From: Psammoneis japonica
Taxonomy: Eukaryota
Reading direction: 5' to 3'
Assembly (NCBI GenBank): GCA_008632985.1
Contig: QPGO01000152.1
Coordinates: 1 to 64,000, forward strand
DNA length: 64,000 nucleotides
The notes under the pieces: model-generated
What the model was told of the DNA's origin: nothing
Seen by the model: the letters and a program-made list of their open reading frames with translations, nothing else
The model's database searches: none
Translations under genes and position numbers: made by a program
Part shown: positions 48,308 through 59,264 of the stretch, one piece after another
Layout: the number at the start of each line of letters is the position of its first letter
Numbering within the stretch: the stretch's first letter is position 1

Positions 48308-49274
48308 TACACCGGTAGAGTGAATACCTTTTAATTTCTTATTTCAGCCCGATTTCAATGGAGCAGAAGTATAGAAAGAGCAAGAGGAACGTCTCCCTAG
48401 TATCAATGCAGTCACCCGATAGGATTTTGCGAAAATTCTTCGACGCAGACGTGGCACGCGTGGCGCGATGCGACGAGATTCAGTCATGCGCGGTCTGTCA
48501 GTCGTCGATGATGCACGACTGAGTACCAACCTACAGTACCTTGAAGATGCAGTGTGGGAATGGAGGTTACATAGATCTGACGGTGTTTTCACCGACATCA
48601 CCACAACACACTATCACTCGCCCGGATCCATAAGGGATGGTCGCATCACCACTTTGCAAGCCTCCGACGGAACTCTTTAAATAAAAGCAGTTTAACAAAT
48701 TCAAGTTGTTTGTTTCTCTCACATTTGCTGCAAAGGAATGCCTTTGAAACGCAAAGACGAATGCAAAGAGCATTGAAAGTTGATAGTCGGTTTTGGATAG
48801 TCCTAAATTGGATACTGCTTGTTATGGTGGATAATTCTGGATCCTTTGCTGCGAAATGAGGAGTGCGGCGCATGTGCAAACATTGGCTTCTTAACCAGGA
48901 TACAATGGCTCAACTAACGCATCGACGAAAGATGAAATGCCAAAATTTACATGTCAGTTAGGGGTCACGGGATACTAGATAATCAAGTTGCAGCCTGAGC
49001 ACCGGTAAGAGAAAGGGTCTTTGCGAACCAGTCGTTAGATGAGAACTAGACACGCTGCCAACCTTGTGAACGTAATCGATTGTCGGTTTCTGTAGACGAT
49101 GGTGAATAACATATTTGTGAAGTCAATAAAGCTACATAAGAGGACGATAAAGGTACGATATGATGAAACTAAAATATGCTGAAAGAGATATTTTCCCATT
49201 TCAATGAAGTACTGTGTAGAGTTCTCTGACATTCAATAGAAGATCACTCGAACAGTACCTTGTCAGAGGCTGTT

Positions 49275-49652
49275 TTAATATGCACGACGCTCGGCCGTCA
49301 ATAGGTCTGAGGTGATGTATCCAGTTTCACCGGGGGCGTCGGCCTTTTTCGGGAGATGACGGGAACGCGGTTCTCCTTTTTCGATCATGAATTCAACGAC
49401 AGCGGTTTCGTTGGCCGTACCAAATGCTGAGGTTAGCTCCGACTTGGAGGGCGTCATCATGTTTCCCTGGTTGCCGGGATTTTCAAACTTGAACACCTGA
49501 AAAGAATCCACGACTGCGGCAAGGGGGATGGTCTTGTCTCCGGCACGATATGCGGCGAATTGATCATCGTTGACCATCAGCACAAAGGTGCTTGGGTGCT
49601 CGTTGGCCGAAGCGCTACTCTTGGGAGTGTAGAGGATCTGTTCAAGCGGCAT
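49275..49652 (-). CDS. SBDS N-terminal-domain protein (Rtc3-like)
   Basis: DKTIPLAAVVDSFQVF...GNQG...PSKSELTSAFGT...IEKG. Confidence 0.75.
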   Translation of the reverse strand: MPLEQILYTPKSSASANEHPSTFVLMVNDDQFAAYRAGDKTIPLAAVVDSFQVFKFENPGNQGNMMTPSKSELTSAFGTANETAVVEFMIEKGEPRSRHLPKKADAPGETGYITSDLLTAERRAY

Positions 49653-50281
49653 TTTCACTGAATGCTGGAGGCTCTGGAGTTGTTGTTGCTTTCTGCGATC
49701 GTTCGTTGCGAACTGTGGAGAGTTTCGATTGACACCTTGATGTGTCGTAATGTGCGCACGTGCTACTACTAGTAGTCTACGTGCTGAACAAGATTTTTTG
49801 AAGATCCTCGAAGATTACAGATCTGGATCGCGTCAAGCCGCCCGATGCGAACTCGAAAATTCCCTCCGAAGTCTGTCCACCAGCCGTTGTTTTTGGGCGG
49901 GGAGAGATGAGCGAATTCCAGAATGTAGAAGTACCAACAACGCGTACCAATGCTGTCCATCAACTCGCTCTAGAGTGGAGACTACAGTAGCGGTAGCTAA
50001 TAGGATCTGCAACACCTTAATTTATCTTCACTCTAGAGACTAAGCCACTTGATCCCGTAGGAATTTCCGGTATCTGCGTCAACCGACTTAACACTAGGCC
50101 CCGCGTCTCAACTCAGGGAACATGCTCTTCAAAAAGAAAACAGCTCAAATTTCAATCCACTCACTTATCCACGGAAAAAATCGCATACGGATGATACATA
50201 CGAAGTACTAAAGGACTGCATAAAGGTAGTGTATTTAACCCCTCCACCGTTGCATGCTTTCCTGTCAAAGAAGGTGGTTTT

Positions 50282-52106
50282 TCAACTATCATACCGTTCA
50301 ACTGACGCCTCTTCCAAGTTGAGAATACCAGAAATGGATTGATCATGGAGAGCTCGGGCGATCGCCTCGGCCAAGAGCGGCGCTACATTCAACTGTCGTA
50401 TCTTGGGTGGAAGGCGTTCGTTCACCTGGACCGAGTTGGAAATCAAAAGGTAATCAAGACCCTCTTGTTCTTGAATCTTCTTCACAGTGTCCGTCGCGAA
50501 TACACCGTGTGTTGCCCACGCATAGACAGACTCCGCACCAGACTCGTTGAGTTGGTTGATGCAATTGTTTAGTGTCTTTCCAGTGTTGACAATATCATCG
50601 ACAAGAATGCACTTGCGCCCTTTACGTCTCCCACCAGCTGAGGCTCATATGTCGTTTGTCCCCTGAATTGTCGTGACTTTGAAATAAAAGCCATCTGAAT
50701 GTCGGCCCCACTCAAAAGTTGAAGGACGCGACGAAAATGAGCAGCTCGCGCCACCTGTCCCTCGTGTGCAGCCACAACGGTAACCTTGGGATACAGCGGG
50801 TTTTTGCTGTCGGCGTCGTCTTTGTTTGCTGGGAGCGCACTCAATTCCTCGTGAAAGTAAGCAGCTGCAACAGGGCCCGGTAACAGGTGCTGTGATTTTG
50901 AGAGAGAAGAGAAGTGGTTGGAATCTCAGCAGGATTGATGACGTTTACCCAAAAGTTTTCACGTCGTTCTTACCTCGACTGGGACAGTGCAAGGGAAGAA
51001 GCCCCGAAGGAATCATTATGCAGATCCATACACATCACAGTATCGACCCCAACATCGCAAAGCATTCTTGCCCTAAAACGTCGAAGAACAGAGAGGAGAA
51101 CGATACGTGAGCGTGAGTACGATATACAACAACAACCAAATGCTCTGATTTCGACGTACACATCGGCAGCAGCTATGGACTCTCGTCCTTGTCTTCGGTC
51201 CTGACGACTGTATCCGTAATAAGGAATGACGGCTGTGATTTTCTTGGCACTAGCACGCCGCAACGCCGTGATGAGCAGAAACAACTCCATGAGCGATGTC
51301 GTTGATGTGGTTGAATTGATAACGTAAACATGCTTGGCTCTGACATTCTCGTCCACCTTGATGGATGACTCGCCATCTGCAAATTGACCGATTGAAACTC
51401 GATTGAGATGTCGACCCAACAAGTGTGCCACATCGGCACCCAACACCTCGTTTGACGGTCCAGCCAGCAAAACAAACTTTTTCGCCATACGATCTTGAAT
51501 TCTGGGCGTCCGGTAAAAATACATTTTGCGCGTCGTCACCATGTTCTCGTTAGGTAAACCTGTATCTGTTGAAACAGTGGGAAGAGATTCCACGCGCTCG
51601 AGCGCTGCAGCAGGATCTGATTCTTCTTGCGGGATTTTGGAAGATGCCAATAGAGTTTGCTCTTGATTGATATGATCCATGCTGCATTGAAACGTTGTCT
51701 CCAAGGCCCGAACACCTTTTTCTAAATTTTCTTCCTCCTCTGGAGATAAGGGATCCGGTTGAACAGTTTCAAACCGTATTTGTGGCTCCTCGGCAGGATA
51801 ATCGGACGTAAATCCACCGAGTGGGTCGCTGCTACTTGCAAACACTGGCTTTCCGTCTGGTGTCACTTCTTGCTCACATTTTGTGGTGACTATTTTCGCC
51901 GCAGTTGCTACACCAGCCACAGTCACAGCAGCAGCAATGAGACTGGACCTTTTTGAGAAAGATTCGTGATTCGACTCTACAGCTATGGAGCTGGCCAGAG
52001 CTGACGTTGCTCTACGATTCGCTCCAACAAACTGTGATGCAGTTTCACGCAACCTGGAAATGTTGCATCTTTTCCGAAGCGTGTACGATAAAACTCGATA
52101 CGTCAT
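50282..52106 (-). CDS. PRS: Ribose-phosphate pyrophosphokinase; intron 51073-51159; apparent frameshifts in the 3' half
   Basis: [62 protein letters not shown]. Confidence 0.93.
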
Positions 52107-52695
52107 CCTTCAATTACAGCTGATCATCCGAAAGCAGCTTTACTTCCGTGCAATCAGGTGGAAAACTTATCACGAAGACGATGTCTTTGATGGCTACTTA
52201 GGTCCCCTCCAGATAGACTCCGTCGTCAACCTTTTTTTGTGGCACAACTTCACAACTGCAAGTTTTTTTTTTTTTTTGTGGCTCTCCATGGCACAGGCAG
52301 AGATGGGCAGACAAAACTATCGATGACTGACAAGCGCTCAATCAAAATGCCAATCAGCGGCACGCGCAGGCCGGCACGTGTCAGCAAGGCTTCGACACGA
52401 TTCGTACAACGGCTACACAGACGTTTTGATTGGATCTCGCGCTGATGGCCCCATCACACTTCATTTATGGGGTTGAAGAAATCCGAACTCTTTCACTGGC
52501 TGATTCATCCCAAGGCCATTAAATAGCCACGTCATAGATTCGCTTGAGCAGAAGAGGAATCCACGCGAAAAGCGAGTATGTTTCTGCAGGCGCTGTCAAG
52601 AACGGTATTTGCAATCAAAGGCCACAAATCGTTCCGCGAAACAACCAATGAAAACCAACCACGAGCTAACCGGTCATAATCCATTACCGTTCACC

Positions 52696-53412
52696 ATGGC
52701 ATCAGAAGGCTCCTCTTATTACCCAAGATCCACTGCCACATCCGGCTTATCGGACCAGTTGAGTCACTTGGAGATCAGTGTCCGTAGTGGCGAAGTCAAC
52801 GGGGCGATGAAGCACGTGACTGCCGTGAAAAGCGTGAACTCCATGCCAGACCCACCAACGGTCGAACCGCCAGTGTCACTCGAGCCAAGTCAAAACATGT
52901 TTGACAACGCTGTTGACATGCGATTGAAGATACCCGTGGTTGTTTCCCCCGAGCTGAGCGAAAACGGAGGTAGCATGACTCACGAACATTCCTCCTCTTC
53001 TCAAGCGGGAAGGTCTTCTCCTCTCCTTCAAGATCTCAGCGTTTCTCCTCTGACAGCCTCCTCCTATCATGTCATGGAGCGAGAATACGACAGAGATACC
53101 TGGAAGATGTACAATCTAATCCAGAACGCGAGAAATAACCACCAAGTCATGTCGGCGTCTCTGACAAGGCTGCAAATAAAAAACCTTCCTACAGAGGCCA
53201 GACGAACAAGGAATCAGCGATCAAAGTCAGCTCTTCCGGCTGAATGGATCACTGATGAGAGCGAAGCAAGCTATGGGTACTTCGTTACAGAAGACGAAGA
53301 AGCCCAACCCGCTATGAATAGACAACAAGAAGAGCTAGAACGAGAATCTGAAGATCGGGAAGAGGAAGACTTTCGTGAGGATGCAATCTTCGAGCTAGAC
53401 ATGGATTTGTAA
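52696..53412 (+). CDS. Hypothetical low-complexity protein
   Basis: Open frame; YDRDTWKMYNLI and C-terminal IFELDM motifs resemble diatom-specific hypothetical proteins. Confidence 0.6.
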   Translation: MASEGSSYYPRSTATSGLSDQLSHLEISVRSGEVNGAMKHVTAVKSVNSMPDPPTVEPPVSLEPSQNMFDNAVDMRLKIPVVVSPELSENGGSMTHEHSSSSQAGRSSPLLQDLSVSPLTASSYHVMEREYDRDTWKMYNLIQNARNNHQVMSASLTRLQIKNLPTEARRTRNQRSKSALPAEWITDESEASYGYFVTEDEEAQPAMNRQQEELERESEDREEEDFREDAIFELDMDL

Positions 53413-54235
53413 AGTACGATCATGTCCTACGTAACATATGAATCGATTCCATTTAGAGAATGCCGCTAACCTGCTAAGTAACGCTACTAAGACTGCTAAT
53501 AGACCTTAACTTTATGTGCTCCGACTACTTGCATACGCGCGACACTGGTCGTGTCAGGTGTCAGGATAGCGTTCTCATTTCCTGAAGCGATCATTGAAGA
53601 GGACTCTGATAGTAATCGGTCGTTCAAGTCATGAACACACGGCCTCAGATTCATGTTCAAGATCTTTCAGACCGCCAGAGCATGCTTTGGAGCGCGCCAG
53701 AACGATAAACATTCAGTATCATCTTGGGTGAATCTTGAAAGCTGCCACCGCACTTGCTTGCGTGGCGAGTAGGGTCCTAGAAGGAGATTGAGACAAAAAC
53801 GGCATGCGTGAATTTGGCGCGGAAGCCACAAGATTCGTATTCCCCCTAATACAGTAGAAAAAGGAGCACCGCCGGAGTATATACATGAAGCAATCATGCT
53901 GTAAAACGGTAGAGCCTTGTTTTGTTACTTCCTACTGTTTAAACTAAGATAGAAGTAGAGACGCGTAACGCTTGGGCGATGCTAGCTAGGTCACCTCCCA
54001 TTTCGAGTTAGGCCTCTGATGTAGCACGTATGGCCTCAGATTCGTGCTAAAGACATTTTTAGGCCGTCACAGTATGCGTTGGAGCGTGCTACGGTAGTAG
54101 GCCTAATGGTGAGATAGCACCTTTTTTTCTTGACAGATGGCACAAGCACGCGCGTGGTGAGATGGCACATCCGCGTGTTGAGTGTGTTGCGACGTGACAT
54201 GCGTGGGTCACTCGTAGTACTGCCTCAGAAGTCCC

Positions 54236-56275
54236 TCATTTCGTTGGAGGTCGCGGAACGTAGGGACACTCATTGCAATCGTCAGGCACCTGAAGTACTT
54301 CATGAAACCGATCAAAATCTATGCAGCACGCTGGTAGCTTTATAGGACGCCGACAACCGCGTTCCCGGAAAGCACGCGACTCTTCTTGGCGATACTCGTC
54401 GTCAGTCACGGGGAAGACGCAAGGAGCAAACGTATGGTCCCAGAGAATGTCATCCCAACAATACGAATGTCGAGCTTGAAGAGCGGATCCTGTTACCTCA
54501 TCCGTGCCCTCCACCAACACAACAATTTCCAACCCTCGGTCCATGTGAAAGTCTTGGATACTGCTTCGTTGTTCTGCGTATGATTTCGACAAGCTCGGCC
54601 TATTTCGTTCCGGCGTCTGATGAAAATGACGCTCATTTCCAGCTTCGTCATACCACGTCGCGACAGGAGGGATCAACGGCGAAGATTCGTCCATTTTATG
54701 AACGACTACTTGGGGCAGACTCATGAGAATGTGTGATCCCGTAGATTCGTCTGGATGGATGAGACTGACATGCCTTGTAACAAAGTGGGTAGTCTCAAGG
54801 CGAGGAGGACCGTCATCATCTTGTCGAATGGGATATCGTTCATGACGAACACAATATACGCGGATTGCCGCTTCAATGATGTAGTTCCGTCGAAGCTCTC
54901 CGATTCGAAACATGAGATGGGGACATCCTCTCACTCTGCGAATGACAGCCTTATCTGAAAATATAATTGTTTTGCCACGTTTTCTCCCTCGAGATATTCG
55001 CAGAAAGAGTAGTCCAATCGCAACAGCGTCAAACGTAATAGCGGTACATACCTGCCAAAGCACGAGAATCAAGGGAGTCCAGCAGTCACCAAAATAATAG
55101 TCTGATACACCGTACCCAATAGTTGTCATTGTAGACAATGAAAAATAGAGCGCCTCCATATGGTTTGTGAGATCCATGCCGCAAAAAGGATTTGGTATGG
55201 TTTTTCCATCATCCGAAATGGTGTACTTGGTACCGATAATGTTAACGACTCGATAGACAAATGCAAAGAAAAAGACGGCCCCCGTGTACATGAGAAACAA
55301 AATCACCATAATGACCACAGTCGGCTTGTATGCCAGTCTATGGAACCAATCATCACACAAGCGCCAACACATCCGCCGACTAGCTAGTAATCGACGCATC
55401 GCACTCCCCTGAGACATTCGTTGCACACTCCACCTTCCTCGAGATTGATGAAAGGCTGCATCGCGATCAAGAATTCGCTTATGCGAAAGACTAGGTGAAC
55501 TAGGAAGATTGCTTTCGCCTGCAGGTGGCACCGCTCGTCGGCGTACTGATGGTGGTGGCTCGAGGAGAGGTGTTGTCAGCGAGTCGTCGTATGGTGTGAG
55601 GAGAGGCTCATTTTGGCGAGGTGTATCACGAACACTGATATGGGCATCGTGATGTATGTTGTTCTTTCCAGGTTTCGGAATATGTGACTTTTCAATCTTG
55701 GCAGCTGGTGGGTGGTATTCTTTGTTCGCTCTCGACTTTCTCTGGCTCGTGTCAGTTTCACCCGGTTCAAGAATATCGTCCAGGAAGTCATCATATTCAT
55801 CACTGCTAGGTTGAATGGATGGGGTTACTCTGGGTGAATTCGAGTCAATCTCCCTGTTTCTGCTACTCTGAGGTGAAGCAGGACTTCTGCTAAGTCTCGG
55901 CGAACCGTTCCCGTATGGCTTCGAACGCGGTGTAGTTGGTGCCGAAGCATTACCTCTTCTGAGGCGCAGCTCTTCGAGTTTAGTGAGAGGTCTGTGCCTA
56001 ATATGATGATGTCGAACAAAGATACCATTCTGAGGCCCGCAGGAAAAGTATCTCACCCCTTGAACTGACCCATCATTCAACCCCAATCCAACGGACGAGC
56101 CCGTTAATCGCACTCCAACCCAATCACCATCAGCAAAGGACACATTACCCAGAAACGCTACCACTCCTTCCAGCTGTTGATGATGAGATTCTCGCTCAAC
56201 ATACACACCATCGTTAACGTCGAGCGTATGACGCAAGCCATCTCTAGGAGACGGTGATGAGGGAGAGTGCGACAT
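54236..56275 (-). CDS. Inward-rectifier K+ channel with an N-terminal CAP-Gly domain
   Basis: CAP-Gly: GVVAFLGNVSFADGDWVGVRL..GLNDGSVQGVRYFSC...GIFVR. Kir: YFSLSTMTTIGYG, IIFSDKAVI, LMFRIG, HKMDESSPL, EIVVLVEGTDE, ARHSY. Confidence 0.92.
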   Translation of the reverse strand: MSHSPSSPSPRDGLRHTLDVNDGVYVERESHHQQLEGVVAFLGNVSFADGDWVGVRLTGSSVGLGLNDGSVQGVRYFSCGPQNGIFVRHHHIRHRPLTKLEELRLRRGNASAPTTPRSKPYGNGSPRLSRSPASPQSSRNREIDSNSPRVTPSIQPSSDEYDDFLDDILEPGETDTSQRKSRANKEYHPPAAKIEKSHIPKPGKNNIHHDAHISVRDTPRQNEPLLTPYDDSLTTPLLEPPPSVRRRAVPPAGESNLPSSPSLSHKRILDRDAAFHQSRGRWSVQRMSQGSAMRRLLASRRMCWRLCDDWFHRLAYKPTVVIMVILFLMYTGAVFFFAFVYRVVNIIGTKYTISDDGKTIPNPFCGMDLTNHMEALYFSLSTMTTIGYGVSDYYFGDCWTPLILVLWQVCTAITFDAVAIGLLFLRISRGRKRGKTIIFSDKAVIRRVRGCPHLMFRIGELRRNYIIEAAIRVYCVRHERYPIRQDDDGPPRLETTHFVTRHVSLIHPDESTGSHILMSLPQVVVHKMDESSPLIPPVATWYDEAGNERHFHQTPERNRPSLSKSYAEQRSSIQDFHMDRGLEIVVLVEGTDEVTGSALQARHSYCWDDILWDHTFAPCVFPVTDDEYRQEESRAFRERGCRRPIKLPACCIDFDRFHEVLQVPDDCNECPYVPRPPTK

Positions 56276-57771
56276 GGTCGAATTCTGCTTCTCGAATCTC
56301 GAAACTTTCGACGCGACGACGACGACTGACTCCTCAAGGTTTTCGCGCGTCCCCCCTCCCGCGCATGAACGAGTGGTCGCCTTTCCGTCTGTCGTGGCTT
56401 CGTAAAGGTCCAACGAGATTTCACGTCTGACGAAAGCAATTTTTCAATTCGTCCGAAAGGATACTTGAAGGACCTGATGTTTCGAAGGTAATGACGCAAA
56501 CAATTGTGTTCCGTGGTTCCGTGTTCATACAGGGCAATTGTGGACATCGCAGCCATGAATGGAGAACGCCACACAACAGCTTTGGGCAGGAGCTGGCAAA
56601 CTGCCTGCATGTGGAGGTTGATCACTGTGCATCTCAAATTCTGACTCAACTTCTCCAAAAGCAACCCCAATGGTGTTTCAAATGGGTGTGCCAAGTTGGG
56701 GGGTTTGCAGGCATTCCTGGATCTGAGTCCAACAACGGAGCAACAAGAGAAAAAGAAGCTGCGCACATGCAAGGCATGCAGTGGCAGCTCTTGTTCAGGA
56801 TCGAGTGAGGCACACAGCAACCATCTGACTTTGACAGGGCTGTTGTCAGAGATTAAATTGGTTGCACTTTTGCCAGCACAGGAACAGCTGGCATCCATTG
56901 TTTTTTTATCTTTGTGCTTGCAGTGCATCATGCTGGTGGTCCTCAAATTTTTTTAGCCATTTTCCGCGCTTTTCTGAGTGGCTGTGTGTGACGCAGCATT
57001 TCGTATCCTACCGTCGCAAACGTGACGACAGCAGTGAAATGGACAACCGAAATCAAGAACAAGGGGGTAAAGGACAGAACATAACCGTCAAAGCATCCAT
57101 GCTGTCTGTCCACCAGGTGATTCAACATTAGACATCTCGTGTGGTTTGGACAGAATGACTGTCCACAGATTCACAAAACGTAGCAATGCAGTATCCACGT
57201 AGATTGTGATGTAGCATTTTGTCCAGGATATGACTGGACATCCGATGTGACGTCAAGTATTTAAGACCGAAAAAGACCAACAAATTAGGCGATGTTCATT
57301 CGCAGTCATTCATGGTCAGTGACCTACTGGGTCTACAAGCATCCTGCGTGTATGTTTTTGTGAAAGCGCAAGGCATTTTTGGTCAAGGACACTTCCTCGG
57401 CCTAAATGTTAAAAGCCATTATGACCTTGTCAAATGTATCATTGTTTTCTCAATAATGGATGATGTCAAATGTAGAATTTCGTGAGAACAATGAAAGGTC
57501 ATAGCAGGAGTCATTAACACCCAAACAAGAGGGAGCAAAGGGCTCGCAACAAATTTTCACAACGCGACCACAAACAGCAGAAGAAGAAACGCAACACCAT
57601 CTTCCCACCTTCCAATTCAAAAGCTTCCAACGCAACCGTTATCGACATTGTCATCGAAACGTGTCATCATCTCAAGAGCAGTTAACCATAAAACACAAGG
57701 ATTTAGGTACTAGCTGACGAGTGACGAGCACGAGAGGTTGACGACTGCCTCTGCTATCGCTGGCTCATCCC

Positions 57772-59084
57772 ATGCACGCCGCTACATCCGTGTTCGCCAT
57801 GGAGAACCAAGGCCCTCCGTCCTTCTCTCAAAAGGCAAGCTATAACCAGCCTTTTGGAAGTTTCGACGCCGATGCGCTTCTCAACGAGGCGCTTCTTGAT
57901 GACTCGCAAGAGAAGATCGACCATATCACTGCGAACTCTTCATCTGTGAGAATGGACCTCGAACCCGACCCTCTGAGTGCTCCCAGACGAGCGCAGAGAA
58001 CAAGTCTGGGAATGAAGGAGGCATTCCGAGGAGGATCTGGAAAGATTCAGAGAAACCCTCTTTACGAAGCTCAGCAGGCGTTGCAACAGTTCAACCAAGT
58101 GAACTCCTTCGGTCATCAGCAGAGCCATTCAAACGCTTCAACTGAATTCGACGTCAATCCCGGGAATCCTACGTCTGCATTTACCCCGTCGCAGTTTTCT
58201 CAGACCTCTAGCTTCAGTGAACCTTCGCTTTCTGACTTGCGGTCTCAGGAGTTGAGTAACCATAGAATCAATGTTGCGGGATATCCGAACTACGAATTCC
58301 CTTCGAATCAGCTTCCAAATCAAGTCAACTCGTCGAATCGTACCAACACCGAACAGATAGGGATACCGGCTCGTTTCAACGTGGGTTCTAGTCTCCAAGG
58401 AAACCTTGCGCCTTCCAGCAACGTTGCTCCAAGCCATTTGACTTCTACCAAGCAAGATTTTGTTGCCTCGAAACGAACGTCGCCATGTCACCTAGAGACA
58501 TCGACGTCAACATTCAACGCCTACAAGCTATGGAGAAATTGTGCGAATCCATGAAGCGAAGTGCGTTGACCCGCGATCTCGTTAAGCAGATGTCCAACCG
58601 CAATACCACTACCCGAGATACTCCAGGTGTCCCTTTGAACAGGGCTGATTCGCCTCGTCAGCCGCTTTCAAGAGAAGGATCCTCAAGAGGAATTACTCGC
58701 AGGAGCCACCACGATTCTCGCCATGCTGGTGGTGGACGTGGTCACACCCGGGGAATAACAGTAAGCGGGAGAGGAGTTGGACGCCAAGGATCCTCAAGAA
58801 GTGAAGGATCGATTTCGCCAAGGAACGTGTTTGGAAACGAATATCCAGCTACAATGGCAAAGACGACCTTTGCCCAGGGAATGGATACGTCCTCTGGGCA
58901 CGAACATTTCAAATCTGTTCCTGCGAGTTCTTCGTCTTCTTTTCGGCGACAAGCACCCACATATCCTGAACGGGGGCTGAAAAGGCATAGATCTAACCCA
59001 ACTCTCACGCAGCGTCTCAATCAAATTGATGCTGGATCCATGGATATGACTTTCGACGGCATCAGCGAAACAGATTCAGTATGA
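57772..59084 (+). CDS. Hypothetical Ser-rich protein; apparent frameshift near 58480
   Basis: Two abutting ORFs; helix AMEKLCESMKRSALTR. Confidence 0.55.
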
Positions 59085-59264
59085 AAAGGAAAAGATTACG
59101 ACTACTATGCGCTACGTGCTTCAAGTTAAAAATAAAGAGATACGAAAAGGTAAAGCATCCAACAATAACAGCCTATACTATAGAAGAACATACATTTGAC
59201 TTCGATTCGCAGGAGGGAGCAACGCTAGAATTCGACAGATGTCATGGACATTATTTGGTGCCCG

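Noticed and set aside
23457..59084. Apparent frameshifts in many host genes (~23770, 39335, 42775, 44510, 47660, 50600-51000, 58480) as programmed frameshifting or pseudogenisation
   Set aside because: Scattered single-base shifts, several at short homopolymers, in otherwise conserved genes; most simply assembly indel errors, though some may be unrecognised introns. Needs a read check.
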